Source of the DNA: an uncultured Alphaproteobacteria bacterium
GTDB taxonomy: Bacteria; Pseudomonadota; Alphaproteobacteria; ATCC43930; CGMCC-115725
NCBI GenBank assembly: GCA_963804725.1
Contig: CAWDRN010000016.1
Span: 108,844 to 172,843, forward strand
Length of the DNA: 64,000 nt
Direction: 5' to 3'
The notes beneath the pieces were generated by a model that did no database searches, was not told the DNA's origin, and saw only the letters and a program-made list of their open reading frames with translations. Below, in pieces: positions 50,907-60,654 of this stretch; positions within the stretch are counted from its first letter, which is position 1; every line of letters begins with the position of its first letter. The position numbers and the translations under genes are program-made.

Positions 50907-52097
50907 ATGAGAATGCCACGTAGTATTCCGGTCTACGACGGCGACATGTTCGGCCGCGAGGCTATCCTGAATGCGCGCGCCGTCGACGATCTGATCCGAG
51001 AGACGGCACCGGTGGTGTGGCTGGCGCGTGAGAACATTGCCATCATCGGCCGCTATAGCCGTGTCGTCGCCGGCCTTACCGACTGGCAGTCCTTCTCCAG
51101 CCGCTCGCGGCCCTGGGACGACCCGAATTCGGCACGGCGAGGCATTCTCCTTACCGACGATCCACCACGTCACACCGAACTGCGCAAAGTGATGGCAAAG
51201 GTGCTGGCGCCGTCACGGCTCAAGGAATGGTCCGCCGACTTCGCCCGCGTCGCCGAGGAGCAGGTCAGCCAACTCATGGCGCGCGCCGGCGAGGTGGTCG
51301 ATGCCAACGTCGACATCACGCGGCCTTACGTCCACCAGGTGCTGCCTGACCTGCTCGGCATGCCGCAGGAGGGCCGCGAGCACATAACCGCATTCGGCAA
51401 TATAGGCTGGGCGATGCTCGGGCCGAGGAACGATGTGTTTCGCGAGGCGTTGCAGGGCTCCGACCCCGTGGTGCAATGGGCCGACTGGTCCTGCACGCGC
51501 GAGAACATGACGAAGGACGGGCTCGGCGAGGCAACCTACCGCCTTGCCGACGCTGGCGAGATCACCCAGGACGAGGCGAAGCTCCTAGTAAGGGCAATTC
51601 TCTCTGCGGGCTCCGACACCACTGTCGTCGCCGGCGCCACCGCAATCCGTGCCTTTTGCGAATTTCCGGATCAGTGGGACGCCCTGCGCGCCAACCCGGC
51701 GCTGCTGCGCAACGCCTTCGATGAAAGTTTACGCTGGGATTCGCCGTCGCGCATGGCCGGGCGTATCGCGGCAAAGGATGTCGAAATCGAAGGCTACACC
51801 CTGCCCCCCGGGACCCGCACAGGCTTGCTTTTTGCTGCGGCCAATCGCGACCCGCGGAAATGGTACGAGCCCGACCGCTTCGACATCACACGTGATTTGC
51901 AGGGCCATGTCGGCTGGGGCTATGGCCTACATTCCTGCGTCGGCAAGGTCATGGCGCAGTTGGAGATGGACGCGCTCTTCGGTGCACTCTTAAAGCATAT
52001 CGCCCGTTTCGAAGCTGCGGGCGAGCCGGACTGGTGGATGACGACTATCGGCCACGGCCCCTACAAACTGCCAGTGCGTCTCGCCGCTGCGCAATAG
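50907..52097 (+). CDS. cytochrome P450
   Basis: AGSDTT (I-helix), ESLRW (ExxR) and the heme loop WGYGLHSCVGKVMA. Confidence 0.85.
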   Translation: MRMPRSIPVYDGDMFGREAILNARAVDDLIRETAPVVWLARENIAIIGRYSRVVAGLTDWQSFSSRSRPWDDPNSARRGILLTDDPPRHTELRKVMAKVLAPSRLKEWSADFARVAEEQVSQLMARAGEVVDANVDITRPYVHQVLPDLLGMPQEGREHITAFGNIGWAMLGPRNDVFREALQGSDPVVQWADWSCTRENMTKDGLGEATYRLADAGEITQDEAKLLVRAILSAGSDTTVVAGATAIRAFCEFPDQWDALRANPALLRNAFDESLRWDSPSRMAGRIAAKDVEIEGYTLPPGTRTGLLFAAANRDPRKWYEPDRFDITRDLQGHVGWGYGLHSCVGKVMAQLEMDALFGALLKHIARFEAAGEPDWWMTTIGHGPYKLPVRLAAAQ

Positions 52098-52190
52098 CGA
52101 TGAGATTGACACAAGTGGCAGGGCCGGAGATATCGAAGCCTGCGTTGCGGTGATGAGCGAGCGAAGGCGCCGGTATCAAAACTACGAACG

Positions 52191-52829
52191 TTAGCTTTGC
52201 AAGAAAGGGGCTGAGGCCCGCGCTCGGGCGAGCCAGACGGTGCGGCCACCCCCGGTTTGCCAGTCCTCGATTGCGTGAGCGATAACCTCAAAGCCAATGC
52301 TGCCGAGCAGCGCTCTGTATTCATCGGGGCTTAGGCTGGCGTGGTAAAGAGGGTCGCCCCGATACGTCCCGACGCTTTCACCATAAGCGGGTCCGCTGTT
52401 GAACATCAGCACGGCCGATTGCGTGGCATGCCGGGCGAAGACTTTGAACATCTGACGTTGGTCATCGGGCCTGAGGTGAAAAAAGCTATCCCAGGCAAGT
52501 ATGCCGTCAAACCGACGGGAAAGCTGTAGCAACCGCATATCCCCTACCAACCATTCATGACTGGGGAGACGTTGGCGACACAACGAGATAAACGTTGGCG
52601 AGGAATCAATACCCGTCACGTGAAGCCCGCGTTTGGCCATGTGTCCTGCGACTGGAGAACCTGACCCACAGCCCAGATCGAGAACGGTCGCTCCTCCAGG
52701 TAGCACGGCAACAAAGCGGTCATGCCACGGCTTGTCATTCCATGGATCAAAACAGCGATTGCGGTCTGCATCCCAATCGTGGGCGTGGCGCTCGTAGTGG
52801 TCGATGATACGATCGGCCATTTCTTTCAT
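52191..52829 (-). CDS. class I SAM-dependent methyltransferase
   Basis: VLDLGCGSGSP motif I, and ILAWDSFFHL. Confidence 0.8.
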   Translation of the reverse strand: MKEMADRIIDHYERHAHDWDADRNRCFDPWNDKPWHDRFVAVLPGGATVLDLGCGSGSPVAGHMAKRGLHVTGIDSSPTFISLCRQRLPSHEWLVGDMRLLQLSRRFDGILAWDSFFHLRPDDQRQMFKVFARHATQSAVLMFNSGPAYGESVGTYRGDPLYHASLSPDEYRALLGSIGFEVIAHAIEDWQTGGGRTVWLARARASAPFLQS

Positions 52830-53278
52830 CCTTGAGCATTATCCGAGCGTAGATCGGCGCGCAACGTGCGTGGATCGCTCGAGGAATAGTGCAGCAAGAT
52901 TAGAGGGCTTGAAGCAACCGGATTTTTCCCCAGTGTAAGTCGGTTGTACAATGTCCGCGCAATGGGGCTACCTTGCCTCAATACTGGGGATCTGCGTGCA
53001 TTCGCTCTTTGCTTCGCCAAAAGCCGGAAGCGATTTCCGTGTACCGCGCATAGGGCGAATGCCCGTTGACTACTTCGACTCTGCCAGCGTTACGAACCAT
53101 TGCAGCTCCAATGTCTGCCAATCGCCACGTCGTTCACCGCCAACAGCCACACCCATAACCGCCGGTCGTAAACCGCTTAGCGTTCGGAATTTCGACGTTG
53201 CCATCCCAATTATGAAACGTTGACGTTTCATTACGAAACGTCTACGTTCTGTATATTGCCGCCATGTGGAGGGAGGCG

Positions 53279-54517
53279 ATGCTTCATCGGACCATATCGC
53301 CTGTTTTACCTGCAAGACCTGAGAGCCTGTTTCGTCACCCGCCCTTCCGGTTGTATTTCTGGGCGCGCGGCTTTTCGGAATTCTCTCACCAAATCACTGC
53401 CGTCGCCGTCGGTTGGCAGGTCTATGCACTGACTGGCAGCGCTTTTGACCTCGGGTTGGTAGGTTTGGTGGAGTTTGGCCCAACCGCGGCCCTTGTGTTC
53501 ATTGCGGGTCACGCCGCGGACCGGTATGAGCGCCAGCGCATGGTGCAGAGTTGTCAATTCGTCGCGGGGCTGACCGCGACATTTCTGGCTTGGGGCAGCT
53601 TCGCCGGTTGGCTGACCGCGCCCGAGATTTTCGCAGCGGTCGCGATACTTGGCGCAGTGACGGCTTTTGAAAGCCCAGCGGCGGCAGCCATGCTGCCGGG
53701 TGTAGTGCCGGATGGAATGGTGCAGAAAGGCACTGCACTCGCGACTGGCGCGTTTCAGGTGGCGACGATCAGCGGTCCGGCGCTGGGTGGGCTCGTCTAT
53801 GGGATCGCGCCCGGTGCACCCTACGCGGTGATAGCAGTCTTCTGGGTGCTGGCAGCGACTTTGAACGGTGCGGTCAGCCTCAGTCGCCCGGTGTACGCCG
53901 AGGAAGCGCCGACACTTGGCGCGCTCTTCGCCGGCGTCCGGTTCGTGCGCGAGAGCCCGTCGATCCTCGCAACGATCTCGCTCGATTTGTTCGCCGTTTT
54001 GCTCGGCGGGGCAACCGCTCTGCTGCCAATCTACGCCCGAGACATTCTGCATCTCGGCGCCTCTGGGCTCGGCGTGTTGCGCGCGGCACCGGCCCTGGGC
54101 GCACTGTTGATGACGACCGTCCTGGCAGGCTATCCGATCGAGCGCCGCGCGGGTGTGCGGTTGTTCCAGGCAGTGGTTGTTTTCGGCCTCGCGACCATCG
54201 TGTTTGCGGTCTCCCGCTCGCTGTGGCTCTCGGCTCTGGCGCTTGCCGTACTCGGAGCTGCCGATGCGCTGAGCATGGTGATCCGAATCGCACTCGTGCA
54301 ACTCGCCACGCCAGACGCGATGCGTGGACGTGTGGGGGCTGTCAATTTCCTCTTCGTCAACGCTTCCTACCAGCTCGGCGGCTTCGAGAGTGGCATCACC
54401 GCCGCCTTGTTCGGCGTCGTGCCCGCGGCGGCGCTGGGCGGCATCGGAACCATCGCCGTGGCGCTCCTCTGGATGAAGATGTTTCCGGTGTTGCGGAAAA
54501 TGGACCGGTTGGAATAG
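53279..54517 (+). CDS. MFS transporter
   Basis: About 12 predicted transmembrane segments and a GHAADRYERQRM loop motif. Start MLHRT. Confidence 0.8.
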   Translation: MLHRTISPVLPARPESLFRHPPFRLYFWARGFSEFSHQITAVAVGWQVYALTGSAFDLGLVGLVEFGPTAALVFIAGHAADRYERQRMVQSCQFVAGLTATFLAWGSFAGWLTAPEIFAAVAILGAVTAFESPAAAAMLPGVVPDGMVQKGTALATGAFQVATISGPALGGLVYGIAPGAPYAVIAVFWVLAATLNGAVSLSRPVYAEEAPTLGALFAGVRFVRESPSILATISLDLFAVLLGGATALLPIYARDILHLGASGLGVLRAAPALGALLMTTVLAGYPIERRAGVRLFQAVVVFGLATIVFAVSRSLWLSALALAVLGAADALSMVIRIALVQLATPDAMRGRVGAVNFLFVNASYQLGGFESGITAALFGVVPAAALGGIGTIAVALLWMKMFPVLRKMDRLE

Positions 54518-54526
54518 GCGCAGGCA

Positions 54527-55129
54527 ATGTCAACTTCGCGCAGGCGATCAGGCGAGCGAGAGGTCGATCCGCGCATCGAGCGGTCTCGGCACCTGATCCT
54601 CGGCGCCGCGCTTGAGGAGCTGGGCGAAGTCGGCTACGGCGGATTTACGATCGAATCCGTCGCCGCCCGCGCTGGCGTCGGAAAATCGACGATCTATCGG
54701 CACTGGTCGGACAAGCTCGCGCTAATCGCGGATGCATTCCAGACTCTTCACGAAGACGCTCTGCCTGACATCGAAACCGGTTCGGCCCGTGATAAAGCGG
54801 TACGTGTCTTGCGGCATGTTGCTGAGGTCGTCGCCAGTTCGACGCTTTCTTCCTGTATTCCGGCCCTCATCGACGCGGCCGAGCGCGATGAGAGCCTGCG
54901 CAAGTTCTATATTCGATTCCAAAAAGAGGCGCGCCAACCGCTGATCAAGGTTATTGCCGATGGTGTCGCGGACGGCAGTTTTCCTTCGCGAACCGACCCG
55001 GAGCTTGCAGCATTCGCGTTGCTTGGCGCGATCTTTTTCTGTCGACTGATGACGAGCAGACGGTTTGATCCGAAGAATGCAGAAGCACTGATAAATGCGG
55101 TTCTCGGAAGTGCAAATGGGATAAGGTAA
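54527..55129 (+). CDS. TetR/AcrR-family transcriptional regulator
   Basis: GYGGFTIESVAARAGVGKSTIYRHW. Confidence 0.85.
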   Translation: MSTSRRRSGEREVDPRIERSRHLILGAALEELGEVGYGGFTIESVAARAGVGKSTIYRHWSDKLALIADAFQTLHEDALPDIETGSARDKAVRVLRHVAEVVASSTLSSCIPALIDAAERDESLRKFYIRFQKEARQPLIKVIADGVADGSFPSRTDPELAAFALLGAIFFCRLMTSRRFDPKNAEALINAVLGSANGIR

Positions 55130-55639
55130 CGGGCTGCCATAGGGAAGTATCGTTGAACGGCAACGTCCCGAGCACCCCAATCCACTCCCCTTCTACTGTG
55201 TCGGATCGTGCTGATTTGTATCTAACGTTAGATCGTTGGTGACGATCACGTTGATTTAGATCGCGCCACGGCGTTGTCTGTCGAGGCAATCACCCTGATT
55301 ATTTGAGCCGCTTCGTTCGCAAATACGGACGACACGGATATGGGGAGTGTAATGGCGGATAAGCCTGTCGAATGGGCCCGCAAATGTCGGCGCCCATTGC
55401 CGCCCCACCCGCATGAACGAGATCGGCCGTTGCCTTGGCACAAACCTAAAGCAAGCGAAGACGATGCGCGCGCCAGCGGCAGTGAGGGCGATCCTCAGCA
55501 ACCCGAGCTATCGCGATAGCCGACGAAGACATCGAGTTCCTACGATCCGACACGACGCGCGGACTTCGCCTCCAACGCCAGCCAGTGCGGATTTCATCGT
55601 CATCGAATTCGACTTACGGCGACCGTCTGCATCGGCCCC

Positions 55640-56353
55640 TGGTGGCATCGGTTGATGAACTATACGCAGCGGTGGCAACACGTTCGCCCGTGGCGGTAAC
55701 GTGATCGTCCCAACCTTCGCGCTCGAGCGTGCACAGGAGATTTTGTATTTCCTGCATCAGGCATCGAAGTCAAGCAAGGTGCCGACGTCGGCGCAGGTTT
55801 TTCTCGATCCCGCGATGGCGATTTCGGCCACCGAAATATTTAGGCGTATCCCGGATGCCTCGAGCCCACAGTCGCGGCGCTATTCCGACGCGGCGGCGAC
55901 CGCTTCCACCTGCTTACCCTCCACCTAACCCGGGAGACTACGGACTCGATGACGACAAACCGCGTCCTGGAGGCGCTGTCATCTTGGCCGGCGCCGGCAT
56001 GTGTACCGGCGGCTGCATCCGCAACCATTTCCGTCACAATCTTGGGCGAAGCGAATGCTCGGTGGTTTTCGTCGGCTTCGCCGCCATCGGCACGCCCGCG
56101 CGGGGATTGTCGACGGAGCGCATTCAGTCACGCTGTTCGGCGAGGACATTCCGATCCGAGCCCGGATTTACACGATTAACGGCTTCTCCGCCCACGCCGA
56201 TCAACGCGGGCTCATCAATTGGCACCCCGCATCAGTGGCAACAAGACAACGTTCGTCGTCCACGGCGAGGTCGCCGCGATGGCGAACCTCGCTGAGAAGC
56301 TCACGGTGCCTCGTGTCGAAAGGCCCACCCTGCGCCAGGCGTACAATCTCTAA
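55640..56353 (+). pseudogene. MBL-fold / beta-CASP RNA-metabolising hydrolase, C-terminal remnant in several frames
   Basis: GGNVIVPTFALERAQEILYFL, FLDPAMAISATEIF, AGAGMCTGG, FVGFAAIGTPARG, INGFSAHADQRGLI and ..VERPTLRQAYNL* are spread over three frames. The N-terminal MBL domain is absent. Confidence 0.6.
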
Positions 56354-56630
56354 ATTGGGTCACGCGGCATCAGCGGGATTGGCCAAGCAAACAACAATAT
56401 CCGCAATCTGCCACGCGAGAGCGCGGTATCCGACTGACAGACAACTCGGCGTCCGCAACCGGGCGTCGATAAGACGAAGTTCCGATTCCGCGGCGATGTT
56501 GTATCGACAGCTTGCGGCACGCCGAATTCGTTCCGATTGTGTTTTCGCTATTCCTATCGGAACGGCTTTGTTGCGGTTCAGGGGTTAGTTGTGATGGAGT
56601 CCTAGGTTTAGTAGATATAGAAGTCTAAAT

Positions 56631-57125
56631 ATGACAGACAACACCCCCATCACGACGTTCCCGTTCAAACGAATTCTGGCGGCGACCGATGGCTCCGACG
56701 GCGCGACAACGGCGTTGCGGTCGGCGATCGAACTAGCAGTGCGTATGCCGGCGGAGCTCGTCGTCGTGAACGTTTTCGAACCGGAGGAAATGTCTGCGAT
56801 CCACGACCCGGGACCGCAAGAGTTTGCTCGCGTCGAGCATCTCCGCGGCGACCACGCCGAAGCGAAAGAGATCATATCGGAAGGCATCTTGGGAGAAGCG
56901 AAGAGGATTGTGACTGAGCATGAGGGTCTGACAGCGTCCTTCGTCTTTCTTGTGGGCGATCCGGCCACAGAAATCCTGCGTCATGCCGACAAGGTTGCCG
57001 CCGACCTGATCGTGATGGGAAGCCGCGGCCGTGGCCGTTTTGTCGGACTATTGCTCGGCAGCGTCTCTCAAAAGGTCACCGGTACCGCCCGACAGTTCGT
57101 GATGATTGCGCCGGCACGCAAATGA
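56631..57125 (+). CDS. universal stress protein (UspA family)
   Basis: ILAATDGSD, and VMGSRGRGRFVGLLLGSVSQKV. Confidence 0.85.
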   Translation: MTDNTPITTFPFKRILAATDGSDGATTALRSAIELAVRMPAELVVVNVFEPEEMSAIHDPGPQEFARVEHLRGDHAEAKEIISEGILGEAKRIVTEHEGLTASFVFLVGDPATEILRHADKVAADLIVMGSRGRGRFVGLLLGSVSQKVTGTARQFVMIAPARK

Positions 57126-57197
57126 TGGCGGTACCGATACCCGCTCTTGTCGAGTACCCTGGCCTCGTCGTGCGATGGACATCGTCGCCCTCGGCCA

Positions 57198-57899
57198 TCA
57201 CCAAATACCCGGCACGAGCCGATAACGCGTGCTGCGTGCAAAATCGGCATAGCCGGACAGTTCGGCCTGGAGCAGGCCATCCTCCAGCCCCGTCCGAACG
57301 ACCAGCAGCGCGATCGCCAACGCAGCGGGCAGCAATGCCCACCAGGAGGCGAGCGCGAGCGGAATGGCGACGAACAGTGTTACCGCAGCAGCGTAGCCGG
57401 GATGGCGGACGAATTTGTACGGCCCGGAAGTAATTACCCGCTGCGCGCGCTCTTTCTGGATGCGGACGCCTGGCTCGAAGAACGGATTGACGGCCTGAGC
57501 CCAGGTCGCGACCGCGATGCCGCCGACAAGCAGGAGATAGCCAACTAAGACCACCCAGAGCGGCACAGCAGACCATCCCATCCGGCCTGCGTCGAACGTC
57601 GCGATTGGGATTTCAACGACCGTGACCGGGAGCATGACTGCGAGCAAGATAAGGTCCCATTTCTTGGTACCCGGCTGGAACCGGCTGCGAGCGCGGAAGA
57701 TCATTGGATTCAGGCGTGCAATGAGCAGTGCAGAAAGTCCGAAGGCGGCAACAAGGACCGCTACGAAAATCCAGCCGGAACCCCAGCCGATCGTCCCTGC
57801 CGGGAGGAAAACCAGCGCAACGAGCGCGAGTGGCGAGCCGATAGCGTAAAGGATCGCCGAGGTGCGCGACATCGGTCTTGGATCGACAACGGAGTTCAT
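57198..57899 (-). CDS. ICMT/phospholipid-methyltransferase-family membrane protein
   Basis: VITSGPYKFVRHPGY..EDGLLQAELSGYADF. Start MNSVVDP. Confidence 0.7.
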   Translation of the reverse strand: MNSVVDPRPMSRTSAILYAIGSPLALVALVFLPAGTIGWGSGWIFVAVLVAAFGLSALLIARLNPMIFRARSRFQPGTKKWDLILLAVMLPVTVVEIPIATFDAGRMGWSAVPLWVVLVGYLLLVGGIAVATWAQAVNPFFEPGVRIQKERAQRVITSGPYKFVRHPGYAAAVTLFVAIPLALASWWALLPAALAIALLVVRTGLEDGLLQAELSGYADFARSTRYRLVPGIW

Positions 57900-58080
57900 A
57901 TTTTCTTCCAACCTCCTACAAGCTGTCGCGACAATCTCGTCCGACTGGTGCACAAGGCTTTTCTTGATTGCCGCGTTTACAGCCTGCGCAACGGCAAGTC
58001 CGGTCCGCCGCGGGATGGGCAAGTCGAGATCCCTGCAACAGCAGCGAATCATGCGGGTGTGCGATCAGCCACCGGCCTAG

Positions 58081-59628
58081 GAGTGTGTCTGAGTAAGGGT
58101 GGGGAGGTTAGCACTGAGTTGCGAGGATCGGAGGAATTTTGGTGGCGGTCCGCGGTCGCGATTTGCACGCGCAAGATTGAGTCGCGAAAGCGGCGCTCCG
58201 GATTCGATTGTTGCTGGCGTGTACGCTCGCCGCAGCCCATCAGGCTGCGGCGGCGAGCTTGAGGAGGTTGTGAACGGTGCAGAGCAAGGCCCATTCGGCC
58301 TTGACCTTGTCGATGCCGCGCAGGAGGAACTGGCGGAAGCCTCGGGCATGCTTGATCTGACCGAACACGGGCTCGACGACCTGCTTGCGCAAGCGATAAC
58401 GGCTGCGGCGGCCGGCGCGCTTCAGTTTCGTGGCCATGCGGGCAACGCGGCTGCCCGCCCGGGGCGTGCGCTGCGCGACCGCGGCGGCGGTGCCATGGTG
58501 CTGGCGTCCGGTGGCGATGTAGGCGTTGATACGGCGCTTGGCGAGGGTGCGGAGATTGGCCTCGGAGCAGTAGCCGGCATCGGCAGAGATCTCGTCGGGG
58601 TTGCGGTGGAGATTGGTCCTGATCGCGGCGACGAGCGGGGCCAGCTGCGCCTGGTCGGTGGTGGCGTTGCTTAAGTCGTGCGCGACGATCACCTGCGCTT
58701 CGGCGTCGACCGCGGCCTGGGCGTTGTAGCCCTGGATGAAGCCGTCGTTGGTCTTCATGATCCGGCTCTCGGGATCGGTGAAGTTGCGCTGCGCCTTGTC
58801 CGCGGGCGGCGCCGGTTCGGCCGGAGGGTGTGCCGGCCCGCTGGGGCCAGAACCGTCGCCCTTTTCGCTCGCCTGCGCCGCCGCGGCCGCGCGCGCCTCG
58901 GCCTCGAGCGCTGCCTTCGCCGTGCGGATTTTCTCCAGCCGCCGCTGCTTGTTCGCCATCCACTCCGGCATCTCGTCGCCGCGCCGCTCGACGCCGTGCA
59001 CGCGGTCCTCGGCCGCGTCGGTCTCTGCCGCCGCGGCCAGCCAGCGCTCAACTTCCGCCGCCAGCGCTGGCGCCGCCTGCTTCATCCGCCCGTAGCTCAT
59101 CGCCTTGTGCTTGGAGGCGTTCGCCTTGATCTTGGTACCGTCCAAGGCGACGTGACCGAGCTTCACCAGACCCGCCGCCCGGCACAGCTTCAACACCTGT
59201 TGGAACAATCCCGAGAGTGCCGCCAGGTGCCGCTTGCGGAAGTCGCTGATGGTGCGGAAGTCGGGCCGCTGCATCCCCGTCACCGCGGCAAAATCGAGCC
59301 GCTCCTCGCACGCCTTGGCGATCCGCCGCGACGAGTAGATGCCTTGGCTGTAGCCATAGAGCAGCAGCGCCACCATCATGCCCGGATGGTAGGGCGGGTA
59401 GCCCCGCTCCTCCTCATACGTGTCCATGATCGCCGACAGATCGAGCCCGTCGCGCACGGTCTCGCGCACGAAGTGCGCAAGATGGCCGGCGGGCACCAAA
59501 TCCTGAATCGAGGGCGGCAGCAGCCAAACTTGGTCAACGTCCCACGCACGAAAGGTCTTGCTCATGCCGCATAGCGAATCACGTCACCGCATTGCCGTCG
59601 AGCAAAATCCGATTACCCGGACACACTC
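58081..59628 (-). mobile_element. IS1182/IS5-like insertion sequence
   Basis: Inverted ends GAGTGTGTCTGAGTAA.. and ..TTACCCGGACACACTC, flanked by CTAG at 58077-58080 and 59629-59632. Confidence 0.85.
58240..59565 (-). CDS. IS1182-family DDE transposase
   Basis: 441-aa ORF with MSKTFRAWDVDQVWLLPPS.., GYSSRRIAKACEERLDF and ..ADAGYCSEAN... The family name is from memory of similar annotations. Confidence 0.9.
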   Translation of the reverse strand: MSKTFRAWDVDQVWLLPPSIQDLVPAGHLAHFVRETVRDGLDLSAIMDTYEEERGYPPYHPGMMVALLLYGYSQGIYSSRRIAKACEERLDFAAVTGMQRPDFRTISDFRKRHLAALSGLFQQVLKLCRAAGLVKLGHVALDGTKIKANASKHKAMSYGRMKQAAPALAAEVERWLAAAAETDAAEDRVHGVERRGDEMPEWMANKQRRLEKIRTAKAALEAEARAAAAAQASEKGDGSGPSGPAHPPAEPAPPADKAQRNFTDPESRIMKTNDGFIQGYNAQAAVDAEAQVIVAHDLSNATTDQAQLAPLVAAIRTNLHRNPDEISADAGYCSEANLRTLAKRRINAYIATGRQHHGTAAAVAQRTPRAGSRVARMATKLKRAGRRSRYRLRKQVVEPVFGQIKHARGFRQFLLRGIDKVKAEWALLCTVHNLLKLAAAA

Positions 59629-60567
59629 CTAGAGGCTCGATTGTGCAGGCATCACCCGATACCGGCGCCGCCGGACTCCGCCATCGGCGAAGCGTCGGCG
59701 AAAGTGATCGATCGTGAAATCCCGAAAATGGCGAGCTGCGGCGGACACGTATGTATCGTGGCGCCAAACCACACTGAGCGTGCGCTGGCATTCGGGGGCT
59801 TTCAGGCGGAGCCAAGCTACCGGCGGATGCGTGGTGAGCCGGCGCGCGACGGCCGGAAGCAGGCCAATGCCCACCCCTGCGCTGATCAAGCCGCGAATGG
59901 CCGCAAGTTCGTCACCCTCGCAGGCGATCGTGAGTGTCATCCCAGCGCGTGCGAGCATGTCGTCGATGAGCGTTCGCTGCCAATAACCGGGCCGGGGCGT
60001 AACGAACGGTTCGCCGCCGAGGTCTTCGATAGCGACCTCTTTGTGACGAGCAAGCCGGTGCGCCGGCGGGACGGCAACAAAGACTTCCTCGCGGAGCAGC
60101 TCCGTCGTGCGAAGCCATGGTCCTTCCAAGGGTTGCGACGCAAGACAGAGGTCGATCTCGCCGGCTCGGAGTTGCTCGGCCATAACCGGCGTCGAACACT
60201 GATTGAGTCGGAGGCTGATCTTAGGATGCTCTTCCAGAAACTCGGCGGCTAGGCCGGTCAGAATGCGCAGCGTCTCGGCGGCGACGCCAACGTTGCCACG
60301 AGCGAGCCCAGCGGCATCCTTGAGTTCTTGGCTGGCCTGATGGAGCTCCCCCAGGGCACGAGTTACCCGGATCAGGAACGCGGCGCCAAAGCGATTGAGC
60401 TCTACTCGCCGGCCGCGGCGATCGAAAAGGGGAACGCCCAGTTCGGCCTCGAGCCGGGCGATCACTCGGCTAAGGGCGGGCTGGGCCACACGGAGTTCCC
60501 GGGCCGCACGGCTGACATGCTGGTGGCGAGCCACAGTCTGAAAGTAACGGAGCTGAAGCAGATCCAT
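59629..60567 (-). CDS. LysR-family transcriptional regulator
   Basis: MDLLQLRYFQTVARHQHVSRAARELRVAQPALSRVIARLE. It is divergent from the MFS gene. Confidence 0.85.
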   Translation of the reverse strand: MDLLQLRYFQTVARHQHVSRAARELRVAQPALSRVIARLEAELGVPLFDRRGRRVELNRFGAAFLIRVTRALGELHQASQELKDAAGLARGNVGVAAETLRILTGLAAEFLEEHPKISLRLNQCSTPVMAEQLRAGEIDLCLASQPLEGPWLRTTELLREEVFVAVPPAHRLARHKEVAIEDLGGEPFVTPRPGYWQRTLIDDMLARAGMTLTIACEGDELAAIRGLISAGVGIGLLPAVARRLTTHPPVAWLRLKAPECQRTLSVVWRHDTYVSAAARHFRDFTIDHFRRRFADGGVRRRRYRVMPAQSSL

Positions 60568-60654
60568 CGACGTTCCTCTCATGGCTCCATCGATATGAAC
60601 AGATGCCCTAATTGGTCTTGGACAGCATAAGCAAGCCCTGCATAGCCTGGCATC

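Noticed and set aside
50289-51173. A 294-aa minus-strand ORF spanning the AT-richer gap between the ICMT and P450 genes, including a Cys-rich stretch (MPCACYGSTDK..).
   Set aside because: It overlaps both neighbouring genes and I saw no family signature or convincing start. I treat it as non-coding or undetermined.
55395-55590. A possible N-terminal fragment of a LOG/PpnN-like protein (..PSYR / IADEDIEFLRSDTTRGLRLQ..) fused upstream of the beta-CASP remnant.
   Set aside because: Only about 40 residues match, they are split over two frames, and the recognition is from memory alone. That is too weak for a feature call.
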